Made by a program: the position numbers and the translations under genes. Below are positions 9,940 through 19,644 of a stretch of 64,000 nucleotides of DNA, in pieces (position 1 is the stretch's first letter; every line of letters begins with the position of its first letter). Location: the NCBI GenBank assembly GCA_963654425.1, contig CAVKAR010000002.1:1845-65844 (forward strand). Reading direction: 5' to 3'. The notes beneath the pieces are model-generated. The model saw nothing but the letters and a program-made list of their open reading frames with translations. It searched no databases and was not told the origin of the DNA. The DNA comes from Lachnospiraceae bacterium (lineage in GTDB: Bacteria; Bacillota_I; Bacilli_A; RFN20; CAG-826).

Positions 9940-11127
9940 CTATTTTTCTAAGCTTTCCATTAGAAGAAAGTCTTTTAATTTTATGTGCTTTACGTTACTT
10001 GTAGAGTAGTCAATATCATCATTGGTTATTAATATTTTAGTATCTACCTGATTAAGACCATTAAAAGCAGACATTTCACGTTGATATGCTTTATCCTCAG
10101 CAACACTATATGCTACTTGAATAAAGTATCTATAATTTCCTTTTTCAGCAAGAAAATCGATTTCCCTGCCGTTATTGTCATAAACGCTTAGTTTATATCC
10201 CATGTATATAAGCTCATTATATACAATATTTTCAAGGTGGTGTGTCAAGTCGTATCTGTTATCAACACATCTTATTGAATTTAATGCCACATCGCAATTA
10301 TACAGTTTGTGGCTATTTTCTAACAACTTTTTTGCTTTCTTGGAATATCGGTCAGCTTGATCGATTATATATGCTTCATTGAGGTAGTATATCCACTTTT
10401 GAACAGTATTACTGCTGCATTGATTGTTTTTTTCTTTCATATAGTCGGCTATAGCATTAGCTGAGTATATCTTTGAATTTGATATTAAGGCAAAACTAGC
10501 AACTTTACGGAATTCGCTCGATTTTTGAATTTTATATCTGTTTATGATGTCATTTTCAACGATGGTTTTATCAAGGTCATTGAGATATATTCTAAGTTCC
10601 TCTTCTCCTTGAAATTCGAGTCTTTTAGGGAATCCACCCCATATAAGATAATCCGATATGGATATTTCTCTCCCAAGTTCTTTTGCATATTCAAGAATTT
10701 CTTTATAAATAAATGGACGTATTCTAAACGCAACATATCTTCCGGACAGTTCTTTTGTAAATTCTTTTGAAAGCAGTTTTGAATTTGATCCGGTAATGAA
10801 TACAGAGCAGTCACGAAGCCTTAACGTTTTGCAGGCGTGCTGCCAGCCATCTATTTCCTGCACTTCATCAAGAAATACGTAGCAGTAGTTGCCTTTTCTC
10901 TTTTCCTCTATGTATGCAACGATATCTTGCCACTTCTGAATTTGCTCTGTGACGATGCGGTCCTCAAAATTTAAATAGATGATATTATCTGATTTTTCTG
11001 CAATTTCAGATCTGATTTGTTTCAATATTTCGGACTTGCCGCATCTTCTGACGCCGGTGATGATTTTGATGAGGTCGCTGTTATAGAAACTTCTGATTGG
11101 GGCGATATATTTTTCACGTTTAATCAT
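9940..11127 (-). CDS. AAA+ ATPase of the AAA_14/DUF4143 family (paralog 3)
   Basis: Walker A GVRRCGKS. 395 aa. RBS AAGGAG before the ATG. Confidence 0.75.
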   Translation of the reverse strand: MIKREKYIAPIRSFYNSDLIKIITGVRRCGKSEILKQIRSEIAEKSDNIIYLNFEDRIVTEQIQKWQDIVAYIEEKRKGNYCYVFLDEVQEIDGWQHACKTLRLRDCSVFITGSNSKLLSKEFTKELSGRYVAFRIRPFIYKEILEYAKELGREISISDYLIWGGFPKRLEFQGEEELRIYLNDLDKTIVENDIINRYKIQKSSEFRKVASFALISNSKIYSANAIADYMKEKNNQCSSNTVQKWIYYLNEAYIIDQADRYSKKAKKLLENSHKLYNCDVALNSIRCVDNRYDLTHHLENIVYNELIYMGYKLSVYDNNGREIDFLAEKGNYRYFIQVAYSVAEDKAYQREMSAFNGLNQVDTKILITNDDIDYSTSNVKHIKLKDFLLMESLEK

Positions 11128-11299
11128 AATATGCTCCTTAATTCTAATTACTATTGAGAATTTTACCGTGATAAGGAAAATTTCTCAATGATGCTCAATA
11201 AGAAACCAAGCAAAGAAAAGCTCTCAACAAGAATCAGAATAAAACGGTTTGATTAACGGATGCCTTTGAATACTCGCAGCGAGGTTCTAACACATTGAT

Positions 11300-11560
11300 T
11301 TCAAACCTTTTCTCGTTATTTAATTCTGTGCCTTAGACAGCACATTGTCGTCTCAACATGCGTCTTCATCGATTTCTTGAACCTCGTTTATCGGTTGTGT
11401 TCCATCTAATGGTTTCGTTTTCTCAAGATGTGAGGAATCTCCTAGCTTTAAGAAGTAGCCTGCGCTACCGAATTCGAAGACATCTTTGGTTTTTAGGATG
11501 AATAAAATGGATTTTCTTCACCACCAACAATTATCTTTGCGCAGATAGAGTCGAATACTG
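11300..11560. repeat. Copy 2 of the degenerate direct repeat. Minus-strand fragments read ..FDSICAKIIVGGEENPFYSS* and ..LEKTKPLDGTQPINEVQEIDEDAC*.
   Basis: Aligns by eye with 9572-9872 (shared CATCGATTTCTTGAACCTCGTTTATC and GGTTTTTAGGATGAAT blocks). Confidence 0.6.
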
Positions 11561-11685
11561 AATTATTCAAAATCTAAAGATGCCATTAAAATGGCAAAAA
11601 GAATAAACAAGTATACTTTAAGGTATATTATCTAGCAATAAAAACCACTGTATGATAACTTATACGCAGTATTGGTGGTGGTGTC

Positions 11686-12447
11686 ATGAAATATTACAAA
11701 GAATTGTCTAACTACATTACTTTTTCTCTTGATGATGCTAGGAATATTATTGGAAATCTTCCTGCTACAAAAAAGTATCTTCGTGAAATGGTGCGATCAG
11801 GATACGTAAATCAAATAAGAAAAAATTTATACACTTGCTATGATTTTGCGTTATATCAAGATTGCGCAAATCGATTCCAGATTGGATCTAGCATCAACAA
11901 GAATTCTTATATCTCATATCATAGCGCATTTGAGTTTTATGGTTTTTACAATCAGATGTTTCATGAGATCCAAGTATCGTCAAATAAAAGGTTTTCGCCT
12001 TTTGAATACGATGGCTATTCATATAAGTCCTATATAAACGATATCAACATACAAATTGACACTATTCAAGGAGTTAAGGTTACTTCTATTGAACGTACTA
12101 TTGTTGATTCAATAAATATGTTAGGAAAAATTATGGATATTGAAGAATTTGTCAAATGTCTTGATTTAGTTCATCTTGTTGATGAAAAGAAAATTCTTGA
12201 AATTCTAAATTCTTACAATAAAGAAATTCTATATCGCAAAGTAGGATTTATTCTTTCTTTTTACAAGAACGAGTTAAAACTAAGCGATTCTCTCTTCGAT
12301 ATATGTCTATCTAAAGGGGTTGTGTCTAATCGAGGATCGCTGGTAAATAGAGACAAAGACAATCTTGTGTTTGATCATAAGTGGGGTCTTTATGTCTACC
12401 CAAATTTAAGAGGCATAAATGATAAAGGCGGGAATTTAGATGTTTAA
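11686..12447 (+). CDS. AbiEi-family (type IV TA antitoxin-like) wHTH domain protein
   Basis: The N-terminus ITFSLDDARNIIGNLPATKKYLREMVRSGYVNQIRKNLYTCYDF matches the AbiEi N-terminal pattern (F-T-x-x-D-A ... G-x-h-x-R-h-x-R-G-L-Y). No AbiEii-like nucleotidyltransferase lies downstream. Confidence 0.5.
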   Translation: MKYYKELSNYITFSLDDARNIIGNLPATKKYLREMVRSGYVNQIRKNLYTCYDFALYQDCANRFQIGSSINKNSYISYHSAFEFYGFYNQMFHEIQVSSNKRFSPFEYDGYSYKSYINDINIQIDTIQGVKVTSIERTIVDSINMLGKIMDIEEFVKCLDLVHLVDEKKILEILNSYNKEILYRKVGFILSFYKNELKLSDSLFDICLSKGVVSNRGSLVNRDKDNLVFDHKWGLYVYPNLRGINDKGGNLDV

Positions 12448-12563
12448 ATAAACCATCCAACGCCTGAGCATGCTCCAGCCGTAATGATTTCAGTAAGGCA
12501 AAGCACCGACAACGCTGGAATCAAAACCCAAAAAATACACTTCATAAAGAAGGGAGACAAAAA

Positions 12564-13205
12564 ATGGAAATTTTAAACTTAACAATCTCTGAAAAAGGAA
12601 TCGAGTTATTGACGAATCTTATCGGTCATGAATTCCTTTCAATGAAACACGAAAAAAGGAATGGCGGCAATATCGTCTTTGAGAAAATCGAAATATCCTC
12701 GTCAAGTGGACGTTATTTAATCGATAATCGCGCTGATTGGTTCGATGATTATTTCTCTGGACCGGAAGACATGCTGTTCCTGGATTTTATTGAATTGAAC
12801 GAAGGTGACAATCCTTTCAAGACGTGGCCTGAGGATGCAACGGAAACGCAATTCATCAACGAGAGAATAGAAGATATTCTTATCATCCAAGATGATGGCG
12901 ATGTCTATAAAGGCGATGTTTATTGTCAGCACATCAAATCCTCGGAAGGAATCATATTCGTCACCGACAAAGCGCAATATGGGTTCTTCAAGGATACCAT
13001 GTGGCTTGATGAACACGTTGTTATTATCAAGGACAAAGGCAACGCTCTAAGCAAAGCAGAAAGCCTTAAAGAGCACTATGACATCTTCGGATATCCATTC
13101 AATGGCAAATGCAAACGATCACTCATCTCTTTGAAAGATGGGACGATAAAAGAGATTGATTCCGTTGAAGAGGTTGGCGAAATCGTGAAAGAAGAAGAAC
13201 GATAA
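12564..13205 (+). CDS. Acidic hypothetical protein
   Basis: 213-aa ORF. RBS AAGGGAG. A terminator hairpin directly follows the stop. Confidence 0.55.
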   Translation: MEILNLTISEKGIELLTNLIGHEFLSMKHEKRNGGNIVFEKIEISSSSGRYLIDNRADWFDDYFSGPEDMLFLDFIELNEGDNPFKTWPEDATETQFINERIEDILIIQDDGDVYKGDVYCQHIKSSEGIIFVTDKAQYGFFKDTMWLDEHVVIIKDKGNALSKAESLKEHYDIFGYPFNGKCKRSLISLKDGTIKEIDSVEEVGEIVKEEER

Positions 13206-13211
13206 ATGCAA

Positions 13212-13242
13212 CGTAGGCGGTCGCAAAACGGCCGCCTTTTAA
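13212..13242 (+). terminator. Rho-independent terminator
   Basis: AGGCGGTCGCAAAACGGCCGCCTTTT hairpin plus T-run after the stop at 13205. Confidence 0.55.
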
Positions 13243-13658
13243 CAACATTTAGTTGCTTATCGCTATCTTCACCTTGATGAAGTTCTCTTGGACTTTCGCC
13301 CTTTTCTTATCGCCTTGCGGTTTAAAAACAATATGGGCCCAATAATGGGCGGAGCTATCGATGAAGGCATAATTGACTTATTTTCAGCAACATTTGAAAC
13401 CTCGAGTTTATTCTTTAAGCAGAAAATAGAAAAACCCCATATGTCTACCATCTACATATGTCTCCTGATTTTTCGGCTGTTTTTTGAAGCTTCGGGCTAA
13501 ATCTCGCCCAATTTCCAAAAAACCATAACCATCGGCATTTTTCGTATATCCCCCTATACGAGATGGTTTTTTGACATTTCGCTGTTTTGTCGAAAGCAGG
13601 TGTTTTTGATGGTTTTTTGAAGAGAGACAAAATTCCTGAAAATCCCGTATTTATCGCA

Positions 13659-15020
13659 TTATTTGCGACTTAGTAACACCACCGTTTCAACATGTGCTGT
13701 CTGCGGAAACATATCAACTGGTTGTATCTTTTTGATATCGTAAGACTGGCTTAAATAAGCTGCGTCTCTTGCTAAAGAAGAGGGGTCACAGGAAATATAA
13801 ACGATGCGAGATGGCTTGAATGCTAAAACGGCTTTTAAGAATTTTTCGTCGCTCCCTTTTCGTGGAGGGTCCATAAAGAGAACATCGATCTTTTCTCCAT
13901 CTCGTTTCATCTTATATATAAAGGAGGAAGCATCGTCAGCGTAGGCAAAGAAGTTGGGGATTTTATTGTATTTCGCGTTTTCTTTTGCGTCTCTTACAGC
14001 CTCTGGCACTATTTCAACGGAAATGACTTTTTTCACGTCTTTTGCGGCAATTAAGCCAATGGTGCCAATTCCGGAATAGGCATCGAAAACAACGTCAGTT
14101 TTGCTAAGAGAGGCGAATTCCATGGCAGTTTTGTAGAGAATTTCTGTCATTATGGGATTTGTCTGATAAAAGGATTTTGCGGAGATTCTGAAATGAACGC
14201 CGCATAAGGAGTCTTGAATGTAACCTAATCCATGCAAAACCCTTGTCTTTTCCCCTAAAACCACGGATGTGTGACGTGAATTTATGTTCTGGACGACCGT
14301 TGTGATTTCTGGTCTCTCTTGTAGCAAAGCCTTCACGAAATTGCTGCGGCTAGGAAAAGAATCGACGGAGGTAACGAGGACCACCATAATCTCAGGATAG
14401 TAATGAGAGGTCTTGATGAGGATATGGCGCATGATGCCGTAGCCACTATCTTCTTCATAAGGAGCGATATGGAAGCTTTTCATCAGTTTCCTGATGGAAG
14501 ACAGTATTTTGGTGGCTCTTTCATCTTCAATCAAACAGCGCTCAATCGGCACGATGACGTGGGTCCCTTCTTTGTAGAATCCGGAATAGATGTTGCCTTT
14601 TTCGTCTTGCCCTAAAAGCGGTTGTATCTTGTTCCTGTAGCAAGTCGGATTATCCATGCCTAAAGTTGGAAGCGGATTCACATCCATATGGGCTATTTTG
14701 CGAAACTGCTCCTTTACCTTGTTTTGCTTATAGAGGAGCTGGGCTGAGTAGGCATAATCTTGAAATTGGCAGCCGCCGCACTGATAAAAATAAGGACAGC
14801 GCACTTCCTCGCGATCTTGTGATTTATTCGCTAAGCGTTTCACATGCCCGAAAAGCTGGCCGTTTCTCCGATAATCAATTTCTATATCCCCTACTTCCCC
14901 TGGATAAATGTCGGTGACGAAAATAACGTCTTTGCCGCTTTTGAATACGCCTTTGCCTTCATATGAGAGGTCGACGCATTCGCCGGTGACTACTTGCTTA
15001 TGAAACGCGCTTTTTCTCAT
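13659..15020 (-). CDS. RNA (uracil-C5)-methyltransferase of the RlmD/RumA/TrmA family (TRAM domain, 4Fe-4S Cys cluster, SAM MTase)
   Basis: 453 aa. Cys cluster CPYFYQCGGCQFQ. SAM motif VFDAYSGIGTIG. DPPRKG motif. The ATG overlaps the metG stop (TAATGA). Confidence 0.85.
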   Translation of the reverse strand: MRKSAFHKQVVTGECVDLSYEGKGVFKSGKDVIFVTDIYPGEVGDIEIDYRRNGQLFGHVKRLANKSQDREEVRCPYFYQCGGCQFQDYAYSAQLLYKQNKVKEQFRKIAHMDVNPLPTLGMDNPTCYRNKIQPLLGQDEKGNIYSGFYKEGTHVIVPIERCLIEDERATKILSSIRKLMKSFHIAPYEEDSGYGIMRHILIKTSHYYPEIMVVLVTSVDSFPSRSNFVKALLQERPEITTVVQNINSRHTSVVLGEKTRVLHGLGYIQDSLCGVHFRISAKSFYQTNPIMTEILYKTAMEFASLSKTDVVFDAYSGIGTIGLIAAKDVKKVISVEIVPEAVRDAKENAKYNKIPNFFAYADDASSFIYKMKRDGEKIDVLFMDPPRKGSDEKFLKAVLAFKPSRIVYISCDPSSLARDAAYLSQSYDIKKIQPVDMFPQTAHVETVVLLSRK

Positions 15021-16627
15021 TAAGCGGCCGCCTTTTCTTTCGGCGCGGCCATAAGGGATTTGATGTATTCGACTTCTTTTGCTTCGTCTAGACGCGGGAA
15101 GAGCTGCTCGCCTTTATTCACTTTCGTGCCGGAAATCACGCCGAATTTCTTCATCGATTCGTAATTCCTCAAATCGGACGGAACGCCTAGTTGGTCGAAT
15201 ATTTTCTCTGATTTGCTGACCAAAATCGGCGAGAGGAGCATTCCAGAAATATAGATGACGTTTGCCAAATGGTTCATGCAGCTAGCGAGTTCTTTCTTTT
15301 TGCTTTCGTCTTTCGCTAGAGCCCAGGGGGCGCTATCTTGGATGTATTTGTTGGCTTTCGAGACAAGATCCATGACGCTTGCGTAAGCTTCGGTTACTTT
15401 CAGATCGTCCGATAAAACCTCATACGATTCGATGGTTTTAAGAGCTGCTTCATGGAGGTCTTTGTCTAATTCGGTAACATCGCCTTCATATGCAGGGACA
15501 GAGCCGGCGAAATACTTTTCGATCATCGATACGGTTCTATTGAGAAGGTTCCCGAGGCTATTGGCCAAATCGACGTTGATGGCTTCGACGAAATCCTCGG
15601 GCGTGAATTTGCCATCGAGCCCGAATATGACGTTTCTCACCAAGAAATAACGAACGGCGTCGACGCCGTATCTTTCAACGAGCGGTTCCACGTAGACGAC
15701 GTTGCCTTTGCTCTTGCTCATTTTCCCATCTTTCATCATGAGCAGCCCATGCACGAAGACACGATTCGGCTCACGTAGATTGAGGGCTTTTAGAAACATC
15801 GGCCAGTAAATCGTATGGAATCGGGTGATGTCGGCCCCAATGACGTGAACGATTTCCGTATCGGGATCGTTCCAGAAGTTCTGGAATTTGCTATCGTCAT
15901 CCTGGAGATAGCCTAAAGCGGTGATGTAATTGGTGAGCGCATCGAGCCAGACATATACAACGTGGTTTTCGCTCCCTAAAACCGGGATACCCCAAGTAAA
16001 GGTGGTGCGCGATACGCATAAATCGGTAAGGCCTGGCTTAATGAAATTATTGACCATCTCGGCTTTTCTTCCGATCGGCGTGATGAATTTGGGGTCGGCA
16101 TCATAATAAGCGAGCAAGTCGTCGACGTATTTGGAACATTTGAAGAAATACGCCGGTTCCTCTTTTTTCTCGACCGGCCTCCCGCATTCAGGGCATAGAT
16201 GCTTTTCGCCAACCTGCGTTTCCGTCCAGTATGATTCTTCATGAACGCAATACCAGCCGCTGTAGCTTGATAAATAAACATCATTGTTTTCCTGCATTTT
16301 TTGGAAAATCTTCTGAACGGTCAAATAATGACGTGGTTCGCTCGTTCTGATGAAATCATCGTTGGAGATTTGAAGGAGCGACCAAAGCGCGGTGAATGTT
16401 TTGGCGACCTCATCCACGAATTCCTGCGGGGTTATGCCTTTGCTCTCAGCGTTCTTTTGGATTTTTTCGCCGTGCTCATCTAAGCCGGTTAAGAAATATG
16501 TCTCAAACCCCCTCATCCTTTTGCCTCTTGCGATGATGTCGCAAAGAGTCGTGCAGTAAGCGTGGCCCAAATGGGGTCTGGCACTCGGATAATAAATAGG
16601 GGTCGTGATATAGAATTTTTTGCTCAT
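15020..16627 (-). CDS. metG: Methionyl-tRNA synthetase, short form without the C-terminal tRNA-binding domain
   Basis: HIGH motif (PHLGHAY) and KMSKS motif are present. ATG for MSKKFYI with GGAG RBS; the listed ORF start at 16639 is a TTG in the leader. Confidence 0.9.
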   Translation of the reverse strand: MSKKFYITTPIYYPSARPHLGHAYCTTLCDIIARGKRMRGFETYFLTGLDEHGEKIQKNAESKGITPQEFVDEVAKTFTALWSLLQISNDDFIRTSEPRHYLTVQKIFQKMQENNDVYLSSYSGWYCVHEESYWTETQVGEKHLCPECGRPVEKKEEPAYFFKCSKYVDDLLAYYDADPKFITPIGRKAEMVNNFIKPGLTDLCVSRTTFTWGIPVLGSENHVVYVWLDALTNYITALGYLQDDDSKFQNFWNDPDTEIVHVIGADITRFHTIYWPMFLKALNLREPNRVFVHGLLMMKDGKMSKSKGNVVYVEPLVERYGVDAVRYFLVRNVIFGLDGKFTPEDFVEAINVDLANSLGNLLNRTVSMIEKYFAGSVPAYEGDVTELDKDLHEAALKTIESYEVLSDDLKVTEAYASVMDLVSKANKYIQDSAPWALAKDESKKKELASCMNHLANVIYISGMLLSPILVSKSEKIFDQLGVPSDLRNYESMKKFGVISGTKVNKGEQLFPRLDEAKEVEYIKSLMAAPKEKAAA

Positions 16628-16647
16628 GTTTCGCTCCAAAAAGAAAG

Positions 16648-16676
16648 CCGCGATAAACGCGGCTACATTCTATCAT
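16648..16676 (-). terminator. Terminator of rpmE, directly abutting the metG RBS
   Basis: Minus-strand AGCCGCG-TTTAT-CGCGGCT followed by TTCTTTTTGG, between the rpmE stop (16687) and the metG ATG (16627). Confidence 0.55.
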
Positions 16677-16686
16677 TATTTTTTTC

Positions 16687-16914
16687 TTATTTGCTTTCGG
16701 CTTTGCTTTGAGCGGCTTTGGCAAGTTTCTTGTTGAACTTGTCAACGCGGCCATCGGCTGCCACGAAGCGCTGTTTGCCAGTGTAGAATGGATGGCAGTT
16801 CGAGCAGGTATCGACTTTGATTTCCTTCAAGGTCGAGCCGGTTTTGAATGTGGCTCCGCAGCTAACGCAGGTCACGGTGCATTCATGGTACTCTGGGTGA
16901 ATGTCTTTCTTCAT
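16687..16914 (-). CDS. rpmE: 50S ribosomal protein L31 (Zn-binding type)
   Basis: 75 aa, [11 protein letters not shown]...[10 protein letters not shown] with four Cys. Confidence 0.9.
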   Translation of the reverse strand: MKKDIHPEYHECTVTCVSCGATFKTGSTLKEIKVDTCSNCHPFYTGKQRFVAADGRVDKFNKKLAKAAQSKAESK

Positions 16915-16965
16915 GTGTTTACTCCTTTCGCCGTACGGTCAATTGCCGCACAGAGAGATACGCGC

Positions 16966-16997
16966 AATATGATACGAAAAAGGGTTGGAGGTTGCAA
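16966..16997 (-). promoter_or_regulatory. Putative sigma-A promoter for rpmE (TTGCAA-N17-TATCAT)
   Basis: Seen on the minus strand about 50 nt upstream of the rpmE ATG. Confidence 0.4.
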
Positions 16998-17044
16998 ATG
17001 GTTTTTAAGGTCCTGCGAGAGCGCGTAAGCCTATTGAGCGATAT

Positions 17045-17512
17045 CTATTTTTCTTCCCTTTTTTCGCCGTCAATCGGCATAACCGGGTTTTCCGTTTTCT
17101 TCAAGCTTATAAGCATAAACGCGGAATAGGCGATTTCGATCCCGCTGAAAGAGAGCAAAGCGATCGCGGAAACCGTTAAAGGCAAGGAATCGTCGCGCTT
17201 GCCCAAAACGAAAAGCAGGATACTGAGAGTGAGGACAAGCAAAAAGAAGATCGTATTGAAACAAGCATAGATAAGCGTTTCCGTCTTCTCCTCCCTTTTG
17301 AGGAAGCAGCTCTGCGACAAAGTGGCCACAACAATCGAAAAAGAAGAATAAAGAAGCGGAAGGAAAACGCGCTTGCCCAAAAAATCGAGCGTCAAAGACG
17401 AGAAATCGCTGATAGAGCGGAGGCTCATCGCGGCAATGAAGAAAAAATAAACGAAAAGGGTGCTTGCCACGTAAAAGAGAAAATAATGCAGTATTTTTCT
17501 TAAAGACGTCAT
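17045..17512 (-). CDS. Hypothetical polytopic membrane protein
   Basis: 155 aa, hydrophobic. 4-nt overlap with the upstream MBL hydrolase gene. Confidence 0.5.
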   Translation of the reverse strand: MTSLRKILHYFLFYVASTLFVYFFFIAAMSLRSISDFSSLTLDFLGKRVFLPLLYSSFSIVVATLSQSCFLKREEKTETLIYACFNTIFFLLVLTLSILLFVLGKRDDSLPLTVSAIALLSFSGIEIAYSAFMLISLKKTENPVMPIDGEKREEK

Positions 17513-18117
17513 TTTGTTTCCTCGTGATGCAGCTCAAGCAAATCGTTCACGCGCACAAGCATCGCCATCGGGGCATTGACTTTCATGCACTGCTGCATAT
17601 CGAAATCCATCCCTGGGTGCATATGGATCGGAATCATGTGCTTCGCTTTCATCGTGATGGCGGCTTTCGAGGCCTCTAGTGGCGACATTGTGTAAAACCC
17701 GTCGATCGGAAGCAAGGCATAATCGATGTTTTCTTTTTCTAATTCCTTCATCTCAGGGATGAAATCGGTATCACCGGCATGGTAGATTTTTACGCCGTTA
17801 ACCGTCAATAGATAGCCAACGCATTCGCTTTTGCTGTGGTGAGAATTGTAGGCTGGCACGGCTTTGATATGAACGCCGCACGCATCGAATTCGTGATAGA
17901 CGCCATCCACTAAGGCGTCGGAAGAGCGGATAACGATGGTCCTAGGGCCCATATTGATGAGATGAATGGCGTTGTGATCATAATGCTCGTGGGTGATGAG
18001 CACTAAATCAGCCGGCGTTTTATACCCCTCTCCGGCATATGGGTCTATAAAGATATTCTTGCCTTCATCAGTCGTGATCCTGACCGATGCATGACCTTGA
18101 TAAAACAGTTTTGGCAT
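17509..18117 (-). CDS. MBL-fold metallo-hydrolase
   Basis: HxHxDH motif (THEHYDHN), 202 aa. Confidence 0.8.
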   Translation of the reverse strand: MPKLFYQGHASVRITTDEGKNIFIDPYAGEGYKTPADLVLITHEHYDHNAIHLINMGPRTIVIRSSDALVDGVYHEFDACGVHIKAVPAYNSHHSKSECVGYLLTVNGVKIYHAGDTDFIPEMKELEKENIDYALLPIDGFYTMSPLEASKAAITMKAKHMIPIHMHPGMDFDMQQCMKVNAPMAMLVRVNDLLELHHEETK

Positions 18118-18237
18118 AGCGTCCCTCTTTCTCGCTTAAATATAGCACGTTTCGCCTTTTTTCATCTTTCAATTATTGAAAGTGAAAGATGGATAAAGGT
18201 GTGCTAATGTAGGCAATTGGTTAGGAGGAAACCACAT

Positions 18238-19644
18238 ATGATATCCAAAAAAGTGGCGCTCGAAGTCCTAAACGAATGCTTGTCAACCGGCGGAGATTAC
18301 GCCGAAATCTATCTTGAAAGAACCATTACCAACAATATCTCGTTGGAAAACGGCAAAGTCGAAGGAGTGACAAACAACAACAGCTTCGGCGTCGGAATAA
18401 GAATTTTGAAAGAGGTGAGGAGCGTTTATGGCTATACGAGCGATTTGAGCTCGAAAAGCCTGCTCGATCTCGCCCACAGCCTTGCGGCTTCTTTCAGCGG
18501 CGAAAGAGCCATCACCGTCACATCGATAAAAAACGAGAGAGTCAAAACCATCAACAAAATCGATGATCACCTGCTCGATGTTCCATCAAGCGAGAAAGTC
18601 GCATATCTCAAAGAATGCTACAAAGCCACGAAGGGCGATGACTCGCGCATCGTGCGCGTCATCAATGGCTTCTCTAGCACTTATCGCACTTTCGAAATAT
18701 ATAACGCCGAAAGCGAGACTGCGCATCACTACTCAAACACCGAGGAAAGAGGAAGGATGAGCGTTGTCGCCGTTGCAATGGAAAACGGCCAAATCGAAAC
18801 GTATTTCTCAGGCCCAGGCAGATGCGCTGGCTGGAATTGGTTCAAAAACGAGCTCGATTATAAAGGCGTCTGCGCTGACGCTCACAAAAAAGCCATCATG
18901 CTCTTATCGGCAAAAGAATGCCCAAGCGGACGTTTCCCCGTCGTCATCAAAAACGGCTGGGGCGGCGTTGTTTTCCATGAGGCTTGCGGGCATAGCCTTG
19001 AAGCAGCGGCTACCGCTAAGCACCTTTCCGTCTTCTCCGATTCAATCGGCCAGCAAATCGCTTCTCCTATCGTGAGCGCCTACGATGATGGAACGATGCC
19101 TAACGAATGGGGGTCGAACAACATCGACAGCGAAGGCCACAAGACGCAAAAGAACGAGCTAATCAAAGACGGCATCTGCGTCGGCTTCATGATCGATAAG
19201 CTGAATGGGCGTCGCTTGGGGATGGAGGCCAACGGAACAAGCCGTCGGCAAAGCTATCGATATGAGCCGGTCTCCAGAATGAGCAACACCTATATTGCCG
19301 CTGGCAAAGACGATCCAGAAGATATCATCAAAGATACCAAATTGGGCATTTATGTTTATAACTTTGGAGGCGGAAGCGTCGAGCCAACGACTGGCGAATT
19401 CAACTTCAGCGCGAGCGAAGCCTACATTATAAGAGACGGGGAAATCGCCGAGATGGTCAAAGGATGCACTTTGATCGGAAGCGGGAAAGAGGTTCTTATG
19501 AACATCGACCGCGTCGGGAATGACGTGGCTCTTGGGCAAGGGATGTGCGGCGCTTCAAGCGGCATGGTCCCGGTCAATGTGGGACAGCCGACCATTCGCA
19601 TCAAGGAAATCACTGTCGGCGGCAGAGGAGGAAAACTCAAATGA
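18238..19644 (+). CDS. tldD: TldD (peptidase U62 family metalloprotease)
   Basis: HEACGHSLE motif. RBS TAGGAGGA before the ATG at 18238; the listed ORF start at 18217 lacks an RBS. Confidence 0.85.
   Translation: MISKKVALEVLNECLSTGGDYAEIYLERTITNNISLENGKVEGVTNNNSFGVGIRILKEVRSVYGYTSDLSSKSLLDLAHSLAASFSGERAITVTSIKNERVKTINKIDDHLLDVPSSEKVAYLKECYKATKGDDSRIVRVINGFSSTYRTFEIYNAESETAHHYSNTEERGRMSVVAVAMENGQIETYFSGPGRCAGWNWFKNELDYKGVCADAHKKAIMLLSAKECPSGRFPVVIKNGWGGVVFHEACGHSLEAAATAKHLSVFSDSIGQQIASPIVSAYDDGTMPNEWGSNNIDSEGHKTQKNELIKDGICVGFMIDKLNGRRLGMEANGTSRRQSYRYEPVSRMSNTYIAAGKDDPEDIIKDTKLGIYVYNFGGGSVEPTTGEFNFSASEAYIIRDGEIAEMVKGCTLIGSGKEVLMNIDRVGNDVALGQGMCGASSGMVPVNVGQPTIRIKEITVGGRGGKLK

Noticed and set aside
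16915-17044. Possible riboswitch or T-box in leaders of rpmE, metG and serS.
   Set aside because: The leaders are only 25-50 nt, too short for known riboswitch aptamers or T-boxes.
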